This document shows positions 50,471 through 63,239 of a stretch of DNA of 64,000 nucleotides, one piece after another (the first letter of the stretch is position 1; every line of letters starts with the position of its first letter). The notes below the pieces were generated by a model that saw nothing but the letters and a program-made list of their open reading frames with translations, had not been told where the DNA came from and ran no database searches. Source of the stretch: Octopus sinensis (taxonomy: Eukaryota); the NCBI RefSeq assembly GCF_006345805.1, contig NC_043010.1, positions 16,182,001-16,246,000 on the forward strand, in the 5' to 3' direction. Made by a program: the position numbers and the translations under genes.

Positions 50471-50718
50471 TAAAAAGACAAATTTATTTTCTGGTAATTG
50501 CTGCGATTGTTTCATTAGGAGTTTTTATTGTGACATAAGCATACTTCAATTAGATTTATACAATATGCTACATAACTCCTAACCCATCAGGGTACCAAAT
50601 CCCCAAATGATCAATACTTGTCGGTTAATCAACAGGTCCTGAACAACTAAAATTTCTAATATCAAAAATACCAGCATTTAAGAAATTTGAAGTGGGTGTG
50701 TCCTCATTCTGGAAGGCT

Positions 50719-50760
<42 letters not shown>

Positions 50761-50974
50761 TATACATATCTTATATATATTATTGCTATACAATATCATC
50801 ATTTAATGTTTGTTTTACATGTTGATATGGGTTGGCTGGTTTAAATTGATCCAACAAGTTAGAGAATTGCATTGTGCTCCGTTGTTCATTTTGGCATAAT
50901 TAATATGGCTTGATGCCCTTCCTAACAATTTGCAAGGCTAAAGGGGACCCCTATAACTGAAGGAAAATTGTGTA

Positions 50975-51022
<48 letters not shown>

Positions 51023-51299
51023 TTTTTGGCAAAGTGCTGAGAGCTAGTGAAGTATGATGAGAGGAAACATTTAGAGTTGCTTACAGGTTAAGGGGAGGAA
51101 GAAGGCAAAGGGAAGGGATTAGTGCTAGTGGGAAAGGGAGAGATGGGTTGGTAAAGGGTATCCAGCGCTATCCCTCATAAGAGCAAGTATGGATGGAAGG
51201 TGTGAGGGGGAAGGAAATGTGGGAGAGAAAATAGATGAGAGCAGCGAGGATTGAGAGGGTGGTTGGGTCTTGAGCAGCATTGTGTGTATCAACAAACAT

Positions 51300-51560
51300 T
51301 TCTTTCATAAGATTCAGCACTCCAAGTCAGCCTTCACCACTGTGACCCATGTCTGGCACTTCCTTATACACAAATTGTCTCCAGATGTACCACATGCTTA
51401 TACCAGTGCATACATTTAACTTGTATCCAGTTCTTGTGTCACATTTGTGCCTTGGCATTCATGTACAACCAACATTACACATCCATTGGAGCATGGTTGC
51501 ATCAATTCTTTCTAGCCTTTGCACAGAGCCTGCATCCAATTGATAAATGTATACACACTC
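51300..51560 (-). mobile_element. RTE LINE 3' fragment
   Basis: LDAGSVQRLERIDATMLQWMCNV (cf. RRLERNEASMLRWMCNV), WYKHVV, TWVTVVKADL. Confidence 0.75.
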
Positions 51561-51612
51561 ACTAATTGTATATCCTCTCTCTAATTATATACCCATTTTT
51601 TTTTCTTTACAG

Positions 51613-51636
51613 AGGTGGAGAGTTAATTAGTCAGAA
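51613..51636 (+). other. 5' UTR part of the start-codon exon (exon 51613-51703)
   Basis: CTCTAAT branch-like motif, TTTTTTTTTCTTTACAG| acceptor; in-frame TAG at 51628-51630 precedes the ATG. Confidence 0.8.
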
Positions 51637-51703
51637 ATGACTGAGACTGCTCACCAGGTGAATGGGCCTTCCAGCCCCTCAAGCAAATTTATTGATACAA
51701 TTA
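51637..51703 (+). CDS. First coding exon, MTETAHQVNGPSSPSSKFIDTI + phase-1 intron; possibly adducin (hts/ADD-like) N-terminus
   Basis: GAAATGA start context, 22 open codons plus 1 nt, donor TTA|GTAAGT at 51703/51704, higher GC than flanks. MTE..NG resembles fly Hts and FIDTI(N) resembles vertebrate adducin YFDRIN; only 22 aa, so the identity is tentative (about 0.4-0.5) while the exon itself is well supported. Confidence 0.75.
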
Positions 51704-53996
51704 GTAAGTATCTCAACAAATTTATTGATCTTCAACTTTTTTTTATTGGTTTGGTGGGAGGGAGAGGCTGTACTCATGTCTTTAGATATAGAGATGTTGA
51801 TGAAATGGAGTAAAGTAAAATTTTATATTAGTTGTGGAGTTAATCATATTAGGCCAGCCCATTAAATACTGACTAATGTATTATAAAGATATTGAAATGA
51901 TGCAACGACTTTTGTGATTTTCATGTTTTCGTAAAGTTAGTTATTTTTACTCTGTATTCTAAGAGTTTCTTTTGATTAGATATAGAAAGATAGATTCAAT
52001 GATTTGGATATAGAATGCTTTGATGGTGATACAGTGTAAGAGAAATGGAATCTTATTTCCAAATTACTCTCAGATTACTGTATGTATTAAGCAAATCTAA
52101 GTGTCTGTTAGTAATTCTGATAACCATCATGTGCTGAAGATAATTTTCTATGACTTGAGTGGTATATTATTTTTTCATTACTGAGATGTCAATTAAAGAA
52201 AGTACTTTGAAAATGGAATTGTGTTTTCAAGTGCTACATAGAGGTCTAGATTACTAGAAATTACTTAACTAGATTGTAATGGCAATTGAATATTAATGGT
52301 TAGAATGTTTGGCACTGACCTTACAAATATCACTTAATTTAAGATTAAGTGCTAATATCTAAAAAGTAATGTTTAGAACAGCTGATGAAATAAGTGACTA
52401 AATTATCAGTACTGAGTGTTAAGAACCAGCTTTGAGGGTTAATATTGGTCAATGAGCCGTTTTGGCAGGAATGTTATTGGGATTCATAAATGGAGTAGAT
52501 TTCTATTTCAGTCAAATCTGCTTTTTTTTTTTTTTGCTTCCAAGGAACTCTGACAAACACATTCTTCTCTGTTGTTTCACAATATAACAAATGTGTTTTC
52601 TGTGGTGATTCTTTATATTTATGAACCCATCTTAAATTGGAAACTGGGCATCACTTCTAAAATTAACATGTTTTTGAAGGTCTTCATTATAAAACTAAGT
52701 TCAAAGCTGTTAAAGCTGGAAATTATTCATGGATGACGGCCAATTTTACTTTTCCAGTACCAGCAATATATACTGTTTGAGGCAGTTCATTATTGCACTC
52801 TTACAAAATTGGTTTAGTGCCTAGGTAAAAAAAATAGACCAGTTCCAATGGTTTTATAATTTTTATGCTTTTGTAAAACCCAAGAAGATTGAGTTGTTTG
52901 ACTTGGTTTTCATTTCTGATGATAGCTACTTCATTTCATTAAGATCTTTTTAAGAAATCTCCTGCAATTTCATTCTTGATAAATAAGGTTTCAGGACATT
53001 TACCGTAAGTCTTTGGGCATTTATTTGAGGTTACATTACAGTTATCTTTTATAATTTAGAAACTAAATTGGTGATAGCATATCCATCACATGTAAATAAT
53101 GTCTTCCAGTTGTCTTTCAATGGTGATCTTTTTAATTGGAGATAGAGATGGAACTTATGTCTATGTCAATACACAAATCCTATTTGACTCTTAATACTTT
53201 AATAATATAATTTGTCTTTGTTAGACATTAACTAAAGTTGAATAATTATTTCTCTATTGGCATCTGGAAAGTTAGCATTTCCACACCTCATCAGGTAGAT
53301 ACTCTTTTAGTATTTTTTACCAGAACTCAAAACAGAGAAACAGAACATAGATTTGGCTTTGTTGATATGGATTGTGTATTCTAAGTAAAATGATAGTTGG
53401 TTCCTATTATTACTACCACTCATACATGTAATGGCAATATTACAAGTTGAAATTGCCACAAAAGTCTAATTTGAGGGACAGGTTAGAGGGCTCTCATAAC
53501 ATGTGACCTTTCATATTGTTGAGATTATGTTGGCTTCAAGTTATTAGCTATCACAATAGCTAAGCATCATTTGCCAAACAACAAATACCATTGTATGCTA
53601 TTTGAGTGCCATCTACCACTGGAGATGGGAAATAAGATTTGTACCAAAGAACCCCGAGATTTCAACTTATTTATCAGCCTACTGATTCTATTGCTAATGT
53701 GTTTTTAGTTAAGAAAGAAGTCAGTGAAATGCTCTTTGGAGTGTAAGATATTTCAGGTTTATATTTTATAAATTCTATTTTGTTATTTTGTATAGAAAAA
53801 ATAGTTTCACTTCTGATGCTTTTTTTTTTTTCTTGCTCTTTTCCATTGCCCTCTGGTTTAAGTAAATCACAAAATTCCTGTTAACTTTCCCAGAGTGGAA
53901 TGTGTCAGACTTTATTTCATTCTCCCATATAAAACTTTCATAAATTTTCCATTTTGAAACAGAAAATGAAAAATGTTTAGAAAATTATTAAAATAT

Positions 53997-54177
53997 GTGC
54001 TGGTGGCATGTAAAAGCACCCACTACACTCACGGAGTGATTGGCGTTAGGAAGGGCATCCAGCTGTAGAAACACTGCCAGATCAGACTGGACCTGGTGCA
54101 GCCTCCTAGCTTCCCAGACCCCGATCGAACTATCCAACCCATACTAGCATGGAAAGCGGATGTTAAACGATGATGAT
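53997..54177 (+). mobile_element. Family C repeat, young
   Basis: TTAGGAAGGGCATCCAGCTGTAGAAAC...GGAAAGCGGATGTTAAACGATGATGAT. Confidence 0.9.
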
Positions 54178-54637
54178 TATTCTATCTAGTTTGATTAGTA
54201 ACTGCAGTAATATTTTATCAGTAACCAAATATTATCATTTGGCCAGTCCTTACTTCAAATTGCTTTACAAATATTGTTTGCTTCCAAAGAAAAGAATAAA
54301 AAAAATTTCTTTCTTTGCAAGAAATTCTACTTCTTGAAATTATTAGCTTTAGAGATGTTAGAATTTTTTTATAACATTAGCTGTTTAAGAAAATCTGGTT
54401 TAATCTGTATGGTACTAAAACTTAGTATTATACTACTAATGATAATAAATTCTAGTAAAGACAAGTACTTATCAAATACAATAATAATAATCTTTTGTCC
54501 TCTACTCATCTTCCTCTTCAATAGTAGATCTATCTTTCAATCAGTTTTCTTGGTGAAGTTATTTTAGTAATGAAGTTTTGTTGTGTTTATCATATTTTTG
54601 ATATTTGACAAACATTGTTTTTAGCCTCTCGTTATAT

Positions 54638-55060
54638 TCATCATCATCATCATCGTTTAACGTCCGCTTTCCATGCTAGCATGGGTTGGACGATTTTGAC
54701 TGAGGGCTGGCGAGCCAGATGGCTGCACCAGGCTCCAATCTTGATCTGGCAGAGTTTCTACAGCTGGATGCCCTTCCTAATGCCAACCACTCTGAGAGTG
54801 TAGTGGGTGCTTTTTACATGCCACCGGTACGGGGCCAGTCAGGTGGTACTGGCAATGGCCTCGCTCGAATCTTTTTACACATGCCAGTGAAGAGACATTG
54901 GTAACGATCACGCTCGAATGGTGCCCTTGTACGTGCCACAGGTACGGAAGCCAGTTGGCTGCTCTGGCAATGATCACGCTCGGATGGTGCTTTTGGCACC
55001 CTACTAGCACAGGCATGAGTGCCAGTAAGGCGACGCTGGTAACGATCATACTCGAATAGC
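54638..55060 (-). mobile_element. Family C repeat, young, with internal tandem units
   Basis: (CAT)n tail, full core and four degenerate CTGGYAAYGATCACGCTCGAATGGTGC units at about 54845-55055. Confidence 0.9.
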
Positions 55061-55846
55061 CGCTCTGTCAACGAACTTCATTATCACTATCCTCTAAGAC
55101 CTTCTTTTTTTAGTTTTAGATAATAATTTTACTTTTATCATTTAACTAAACTTTGGTATGTTTTACTATGTCATTAGTGAAGTTAAGCTGATGTCAGTGT
55201 GACATATAACGATTGATGTGCTGAACTTTGGAACAAGTGAGGACCTGACTGGCAGATATATTCTCTGGTTGAAACTAGACAGTTGGAATTGTTTAAAGCT
55301 TATTTAAAGATATGTGCTATTAATTACATTTCATTAATGGACCATATTGATAATGAAACCCAGTAACTGAGCTAATTAACTAAACCATGTGTTAGTTGGT
55401 TTCAAGGAGTATATTTTCAGTCTGAGCTGGTATGGAATTTATGTAGACCTCTCTGTGTACCATTTAGTATAGTGAAGCTACAAGTTTCCAGTGTGTATAA
55501 TTAGAGTGCAAAAGTAATTTGTAGAAAGTATATTAGGTGGTAGATAATATATTTTTATGATAAAGTGAACGGAAGCTGTTAGGAAATTGTATGCAGGCCA
55601 GCTATGACACTAACAAAATCTGTAATTTCTACAGTACCAATATCAATAATAATAAAATTTGTCTTGATATTGGCACAAGTTGAATTAAACAGTAAATTGC
55701 TTTGTTTGATAACTGAATTGGATAAGTCCCAACAAAATAATGCATTTGGTTGAATTAATATATTTTCCTCTATAAAATTACTGTTAATGAACAAAATAAA
55801 TTGTTCCATGTTCAGGTTCTCTTGAGATTGACTTTACACACACACA

Positions 55847-55900
<54 letters not shown>

Positions 55901-55901
<1 letters not shown>

Positions 55902-56111
55902 CACCATCCAATCGTGGCCGTTGCCAGCCTCGTCTGGCACGTAAAAAGCACCCACTACACTCACGGAGTGGTTTGCGTTAGGAAGGGTATCCAGCTGTAG
56001 AAACACTGCCAGATCAGACTGGGCCTGGTGCAGCCTTCTGGCTTCCCAGACCCCAGTTGAACCATCCAACCCATGCAAGCATGGAAAGCGGACATTAAAC
56101 GATGATGATGA
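55901..56111 (+). mobile_element. Family C repeat, young, following (TA)n
   Basis: Near-identical in structure to 53997-54177; (GAT)n tail. Confidence 0.9.
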
Positions 56112-56780
56112 TATATATATAATGTGTGTGTGTATATATATGAGAGAGCTAGAAAGAGAGAGAGAGATAAAAATCGTCATTTTGACATCTACTTTTCTAT
56201 GCTTACTTGGATCAGACAAGACTCACAAAGAATGTTCTATCATCAAATCCTCTTCATGGCCCTATCCCCCAACTGTTTCCAAGAAATCTTTCAAACAACA
56301 AACAGCCCAGATGGGCTTTCATGGAGGGCACGCATCAAAGCAACTCAAGAAGCCCAGACATGCAAATGAATGACAGCATCTGTAGAAATGGTGTAGCTCT
56401 TGATTCCAGTTTGTGAGCGCACCTGCAAAGTTGAAGGAAAATAGGCACTCAGTCATATACATGTAAACACACACACACGATGGGCTTTTTCCAGGTTTTG
56501 CCTTCCAATTACAATGTATTGATCAACCTGTGTCAATACCAGAGAGTACCAACCAACAGCATCCACCCAGTGGGGCCAAACCCCTTACTTCATGGTTCCA
56601 TTGTGAATTTCCTAACCACACAGCCAAACCAGTACATCTCCCTCTCTCATCAGTTAACATCCATTTTCCATACTGGTATGGTTGGACAGTTTGACAGGAT
56701 CTGGCAAGCCATAGGACTGTGTTGAGCACCAATGTTAGATTCGGCATGGTTTCTGTGGCTGGATGCCCTACATATATATA

Positions 56781-56989
56781 CTCTTTTACTCTTTTACTTG
56801 TTTCAGTCATTTGACTGTGGCCATGCTGGAGCACCGCCGTTAATCGAGCAACTCGACCCCGGGACTTATTCTTTGTAAGCCCAGTACTTATTCTATCGGT
56901 CTCTTTTGCTGAACCGCTAAGTAACGGGGACATAAACACACCAGCATCGGTTGTCAAGCAATGCTAGGGGGACAAGCACAGACACACAA

Positions 56990-57043
<54 letters not shown>

Positions 57044-57204
57044 GACTAGCTTCTTTCAGTTTCCGTCTACCAAATCCACTCACAAGGCTTTGGTCAGCCC
57101 GAGGCTATAGTAGAAGACACTTGCCCAAGGTGCCACACAGTGGGACTGAACCCGGAACCATGTGGTTGGTAAGCAAGCTACTTACCACACAGCCACTCCT
57201 GCGC
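56781..57204 (-). mobile_element. SINE family B, full length and young
   Basis: Minus strand starts GCGCAGGAGTGGCTGTGTGGTAAG (A box), GGTTCCGGGTTCAGTCCC (B box), CCTTGGGCAAGTGTC core, internal (TA)n(TG)n and a GAGTAAAA-repeat tail; CpGs retained. Confidence 0.92.
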
Positions 57205-58699
57205 TTATGTGTCATTGTTGAATTGAATTCTCATTGCTTCTTTTCTTTATTAGTCTTAGCTTTGTGTTCTAAGGAAGAAATAATTATTTAGTGGAAATGT
57301 AATATTTTGTTTGTCTTTAAATCAGTTTTTTTTTTTTTTTTTGACACATGTGCAGCTGCATATTTCAGTGCAATTAAATTTCATTGGTAGACATTTTAAA
57401 CCTCGGAATTCTAATGCAAATAATCATAATTTAAAAAAAATATAATTTATTAATTCTAACTATTACACTATAAGGTTTCGCCTCACTTTCTAAGACCTCA
57501 GATGTCTTGTAAATCAACACACTACATTCCATTAATCTGAAAAGTGTTTATTGTGTTGTTTGTTGTTTCATTATTTTTATTAGCGTTTCTGTTGGTTTGA
57601 ATGCTATATTCTTTAATTGGATTGTACGGATGTTCTAAAAAGAGGACTTGGCAAATTGGTTGTAGTTACCATTCTATAGAACCTGTAACCTCCTCTTACA
57701 CTAAGTTTTTAGCTCCTCCTTACATCAAGAACTTCCTTCCGACTCACCATTTTTGACGCAGCAACACTGCCTGTGTCTCCCTTTAGTTGACAACTGGCAT
57801 TGACATTATTTTTATGCAGCCAAAAGCTGTGGAAGAATTTAGTGGGCTTCAAGGATTCTGCTGTGTTGTGACAATGCCAGCCATGAATGAAATTGGTAGG
57901 TTTCTGTGATTTATTTCTAATGTATTTACATTTCATGTCTCTATTGCTGATTCAGACTTCTTCTTGGTTACAAAACTTAGTTTGCGTAAATGCAGTTGTT
58001 GGACATTAGAAAGACCTCTGGATATAGAAAGCTAAAATGGTTTACATGTTAGTCTGAAGTAGAAAGGGATTCTGACCATGACGGCCCATTCAAATTATGT
58101 CAGTATGGAAACCAGACATAAAATAATAATAATGATGATGATGGGGAGTATTGTTATAAATTTTATTTTGTTGGGGAAGCATAACTAAGAGGATAGAATA
58201 TTATTTCCATTAAAGCTTATTCTCTTAAAAAAAAAGGAGAAAATCTGATGCTAGTTAACCATGAATATCGTCATCAAATGTGTACAGTTTAACAAAATAT
58301 AAAATGAATTGGTGGTGATTAATATGTGTAAAGGATTAAAAGCTCATCATAATACCCTTTAATCTTGAGTAAAATTAGATTAAAATGTGTGTTTTAGTTC
58401 CTATTCATGTGCACAATGCCAATTGTTACCTGAAACTTAATTGCTTGGCAAAGATACAAATTGTTTTGTATTGTTTTATTAATTAATTAATGTTACCACA
58501 ATAACAAAATACAATCCATTTACTCCTCTCTTTTTATATATTGTCAGTTTTATATATAAAGATAATGTGACCACTTATTCATTGAATATTACTGTTTATT
58601 TTCTTCCCAGCTTCAGTTTTAACTTGATAGTATTTTGTATTTCTCAACATAATTACCTGCTTCCTTTTTGCTCTTTTTTTTTTCTTCTTCTTCATATCA

Positions 58700-59010
58700 A
58701 AAGTCATTTAACATCAGCTTTCCATGCTGGCATGGGTTGGATGGTTTGACTGAAAACTGGTGAGTTGGGGAGATACACTAAGTTCTAGTCTGATCTGGCA
58801 CAGTTTCTACAGCTTGATGCCCTTCCTAATGCCAACCACTTCAAGAGTGTAGTGGGTGCTTTTTACGTGACACCAGCATCAGTGCCAGTTACACGACACT
58901 GACATTGGCCATGACTACAATCTCACTTGGCTTGATGGGTCTCCTCAAGCACAGCATATCGCCGGAGGTGTCAGTCATTTGTGATTACTGCTGTGAGGCC
59001 CAGCATTTGT
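58700..59010 (-). mobile_element. Family C repeat
   Basis: TTTCCATGCTGGCATGGGTTGGATG, GATGCCCTTCCTAATGCCAACCAC. Confidence 0.85.
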
Positions 59011-60383
59011 GTCACACAGCTGTCCACATCCATGCACATACCAGCACAGTTGTCTCTCTTGTACACCACATCTGATGCCTCTTATGCCCAGCTTTTCTCT
59101 CGAGATGTAGATCAAAAGTGTTGATTCTTATTACCACCACCTCCACTACTACTATTTTTGTTAAAGCATCCTGAGAACTGATTTGTTGACTAAGTTTAAT
59201 TTTTTACTGTACGTTGTTACATTTACTTGAGAAAGTCATGTGATACAATTTCATTCAATTCTATGAATTTCTGCTCTTCTTGGTGTATGAAAGTATTATT
59301 TTTCATAAAATGTTCAATGGTCACCTTGATAAGGTACCTGTCTCAGTTTCCAGGTTATAGCTTTTTTCTTGCTGTCATTTTGGTGAGTTGATGTAATTAC
59401 TTAAATTAGAATCTTTGCACTTTTAGACACATAACATAGGATCCATGTTCCCTACAACAATAGTCCTTTATCTGAGTGATAGTATCCCCCACCCACTGGG
59501 AAGTATTGTGAGTATTGTGGGTTGAGAGATGGTCATGGTTTTTGTTAGAAATAAAATATTTAAACCAACTCCAAGACTTATATAACACTTATATAATTTA
59601 AAGACATTTTAAAGAAATCTTTGTCAGGGTTTAGAAGATGTGTGAGTAAGCAGAATCATAGCCAAAAAATGTACTTATTCCTCAACTTCTTTAGAAATTT
59701 CTATAAAAATTTGACAGAAGGGGCACTAGTTGGTACATGTTGGAAGAGACAGTAAAAATACGGGGAGTAAATTCAGCACAAATTTGGTGAAAGGGAGTAC
59801 TGTGTTACAAGGGGATGCACTAAGTTATGGGGTCGAGGAAGAGTTTTGAGCTACAAGAAGTTGAGACCCACTGCCTTAGAACAAGACAAAACTTTACCAA
59901 GAATCTGTGTCTCTCTGAGAACAATATGGCTTCATGATTGCCTCTGCCTTTCATATATTTGTTCTATATAAGTGGAGAACATCTACTTTTCATTTCTTCT
60001 GACACCAGCTCTCCTGGTCTCAGTTTTCACTATTTTATTGATTGGTTTTTCTTAGCCTACCTTATTTATCAATGAATGACATTCAATCAGTTTACTTCCT
60101 TCTGGAATTATCATTGGAAATATTAGTACCAATGGTAAATAACCTGACCTCCTACTCTAGGATGTCTAGTTTGATAGTGAATATTTTCTCAATTGGACTT
60201 CAAATCCTGTTGAAATTCATTTTGTCTTTTACTCAACTAAGAAGAATAAAGTAAGCCCTGCTAATTAACTGTTCCCATTTCTTACAAATATTCACTTTGT
60301 GCTTTGTCAAAATCATCATAGTTATTAATATTTATGCAATGAAATGATTGTTGTATGGATGTCAACTTGTTAAAGTGGTTTAA

Positions 60384-60604
60384 CCCTTTCATTACTGTAT
60401 TTATTTTGTGATGTTCTGTGTTTCTTTCAATTACTTTAAATACAACAAATAATTTAGTAAAATAACTTGGTTATCATTAAGCTTGTGTTAGGAACATAAA
60501 TTGTGACTAAGGTTTGGTGGAAGATTTTAATTCAAAACTTATGAAAACAAGACATTTGTACTAAGGAGCCAGAGCCAGTTTCAGCCGGGTTGGTATCGAA
60601 AGGG
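60384..60604. mobile_element. piggyBac-type MITE, inverted relative of 28094-28294
   Basis: TTAA|CCCTTTC ... GAAAGGG|TGAA; internal AACATAAATTGTGACTAAGGTTTGGTGGAAG is the reverse complement of the 28-kb copy. Confidence 0.8.
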
Positions 60605-61189
60605 TGAAAGACTTGTTTAATGATCACATCTCCCAATGTTCCTTCAATGTTTGATACACTCACCTGATGATATTGGTTTATTCTCTTGGGTGTAGAATTT
60701 CTTTATCTTTTTGATTAATTCTTTTTAATTCCTTGCCATTCTTACTAAAGTAAGGCATTATGTTCCCTCCTGTGGTCTGTTGTACTACAAGGAAATGAAG
60801 AACTCCATCACCAGCAAAAGGCACCTACGTCACCAATGTTCATTTGTCTTACCAGAACTTTTACATTTTATCAGTGTTCCCTGCTTATTACTGAAACCCA
60901 GGTTGCTGATGTTGGGTAAATTTTAACCTCCTCTGGGTCAAACATTGGTAAACTGTTGTATATAGTATTTTGATGTCTGTATGCTCTTAGTTCAAATCCT
61001 GTTTGGGTCACTAAAATAGTAATACACTAAAGTTGATTCAGTTATGTTTCTTTTATTAAACCAAATGGTCTTGTGCCTAGAAAAGGATGTATTATGCAGT
61101 TCCAGAATATGTAACAAAGGCCCAGGAGTATTGAAGTAGGCAACTGGTTATAGCTATGAAACCATTGTACCATGGTATGTTTTATTGTA

Positions 61190-61470
61190 CCCCCTTCAGT
61201 CTTCCTTCTAATAGTAGCCATCTCTCTTCTCTTTAGCAAGACACCTGTGTCTGTCCCTCTAGCATACTCTAGCTTCTTTATCCCTCGCAGACTGCCGTCC
61301 CCTTCTCTTCTACAGCTCCACTCAGTCAAGAATGTCTTTGTATTGTTAGCAATAGGAGGGGCATCCATCTATGCCAAAGCAGACATTGGAGCCTAATCCA
61401 TTGCTTGTTGAATCCTGTCAAATCATCCAACCCAAGCTTGTTGCATGGAAGATGGATGTTAAATACTGAT
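61190..61470 (+). mobile_element. Family C repeat, decayed
   Basis: AGCAAGACACCTGTGTCTG body, GGGGCATCCA core, GGATGTTAAATACTGATG tail. Confidence 0.7.
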
Positions 61471-63239
61471 GAGCAATAGGAATGGTATGTTGCTGTAAAA
61501 ATTTGTTTCCACAATCTGTAAAATGTGCCTATCAGCCAATAATAAATTCATCTATATTAACATTGAAAACTAGATAAAGGAAAGACTCTTCTTGATTTAA
61601 ATTCTCTTTTTATTCTAGTTCTAAAGCTGTTTGTCTATCTCTGATTGGGGGAGTGTTGCCTTATCCAACAATGTTGCCAGCTCTAGCAAAATTTGATCTT
61701 TAATGGCTGGAGGTTTTTTTCATTTGTTTTTATAAGTAAGCTATGGTTAAGAGCCGGATGTCTCTAACTTATCTTGCTACCACTAAAGCAAAAGAAAATC
61801 TCATATATCTGGGTTGGGTACTGAAGACAAGGAGTTTCAAGTGGTCGTGTATGTTTGTGTAGGCACATATGTCAGTGTATGTGTGGGGGCGGCACCTAAT
61901 ATTAGTGGTTATTTTTGTTTGATATGACATTGCAGTTCACTACCATAAACCTTTACCAATTCAGTTACATTTCTGTTGACCCTAAAAACTGTTTTTAGAA
62001 AACTATTCTTGAAATGAGTGTTTATAATCAAATATATATATATATATTCTTTGAAAATCTTTTCAATAGTAAATCTTAATTGAATTCCATTAAAATATGC
62101 AGGAATAATTCTTTGTTATGACCCAAAAAAAGTAACACATTTGCTTTCCTCATAACATTTCCAAATTTGTTAAAGATTAAGTTAAAAAATTATTTGATTT
62201 TTATCTGTTAGTATTATTTAAATAAATGGATTTAAACCTCTTACTATCCTGCAATTTAATACTTTGTTAACAATTAGATGATTGAATACTCCCGTTTTGT
62301 CCTTTCTCTTTAGAGTTTTCCCTTTCTCAGTTGTACTTGAAATACGAAACTTGTTCATTTTGTCTCACCGCATCTACATCTTCTCGCTTATTTCACTGGG
62401 GTCAAAAGTATTTTCTAACAAATACACTTACAAATATCCGTCAAATGTAAATAATGTACATATTTTCCTCATCTCTTAAATATAGAACTGTGAAATACAC
62501 TTACAGTTTAAAGTATAAATTCCTTCAAGGTGATTTTCTTTCTAGGCTAGACATATGAATGCTTTTATTATTGCTAAAATCTAGAGTACAAATTTGGATG
62601 AATTGACCTGCTAAGTTTGAACTAGTTAGATTAAGTCTGCAGATATATCTGATATTGATTTCTGTAATCCGATTTTTTTTTTTATTTTTTTTTTTTTTGT
62701 CAGTATTGTCTGGTTTATTTGTGTGAGACTATCTGTACTTGTACATTTGTTACTGCTTTCTTTCTCTTCTGGTGTCATCTTATCATTTTACTATTAATCA
62801 GTCTTCAAAAGTACAAGCTCTTTCATGTTATATTTAATATTTATTTTTCTAAATTCTCTTTTATTTCATAAATGTATAAGTCATAAAATGTTACTCAGCA
62901 TCAGTATTCAACCCTTTCTTACTTGTTAGTAGTAGGATTATTATTGTTGTTATCATTATTATTGTATTCTTTTTAACTTGGATTTTGTTGTAAGTCTTGG
63001 AATCTTGCATGAGTAACAGGCTTTGCCTACTGCAGCCTGTGTGTGGGATACCAATGCTAGTTGTTCTCTTCAACTATCTAATATTTTCCTGATGATTCTG
63101 ATTGTGCCAAAGAGGCAAACTTTTTCTAACAACTCTTCCGAATACTCTGTTCCCTATTATTATAATAACGATAATCTTTTGTGTTTGTATGGAATAATAA
63201 TATCTGACATACTCTGCTTGTTGCTGGAGGTGTCATTAA

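Noticed and set aside
54845-55055. Repeat-spacer-like units as a CRISPR array
   Set aside because: Eukaryotic context, degenerate units, internal to a family C retro-repeat, no cas genes.
17348-57204. SINE heads as functional tRNA genes
   Set aside because: A/B boxes are present but cloverleaf stems are not, and each continues into a SINE body.
59660-59875. hAT/Charlie-like MITE (right end AAGTTGAGACCCACTG)
   Set aside because: Only one TIR-like end is recognisable; no matching left TIR or 8-bp TSD found.
60792-60920. Open phase-1-compatible frame RNEELHHQQKAPTSP... as the second coding exon
   Set aside because: Weak AAG acceptor and weak donor, no recognisable protein similarity, and it does not fit the adducin prediction; cannot be excluded without RNA data.
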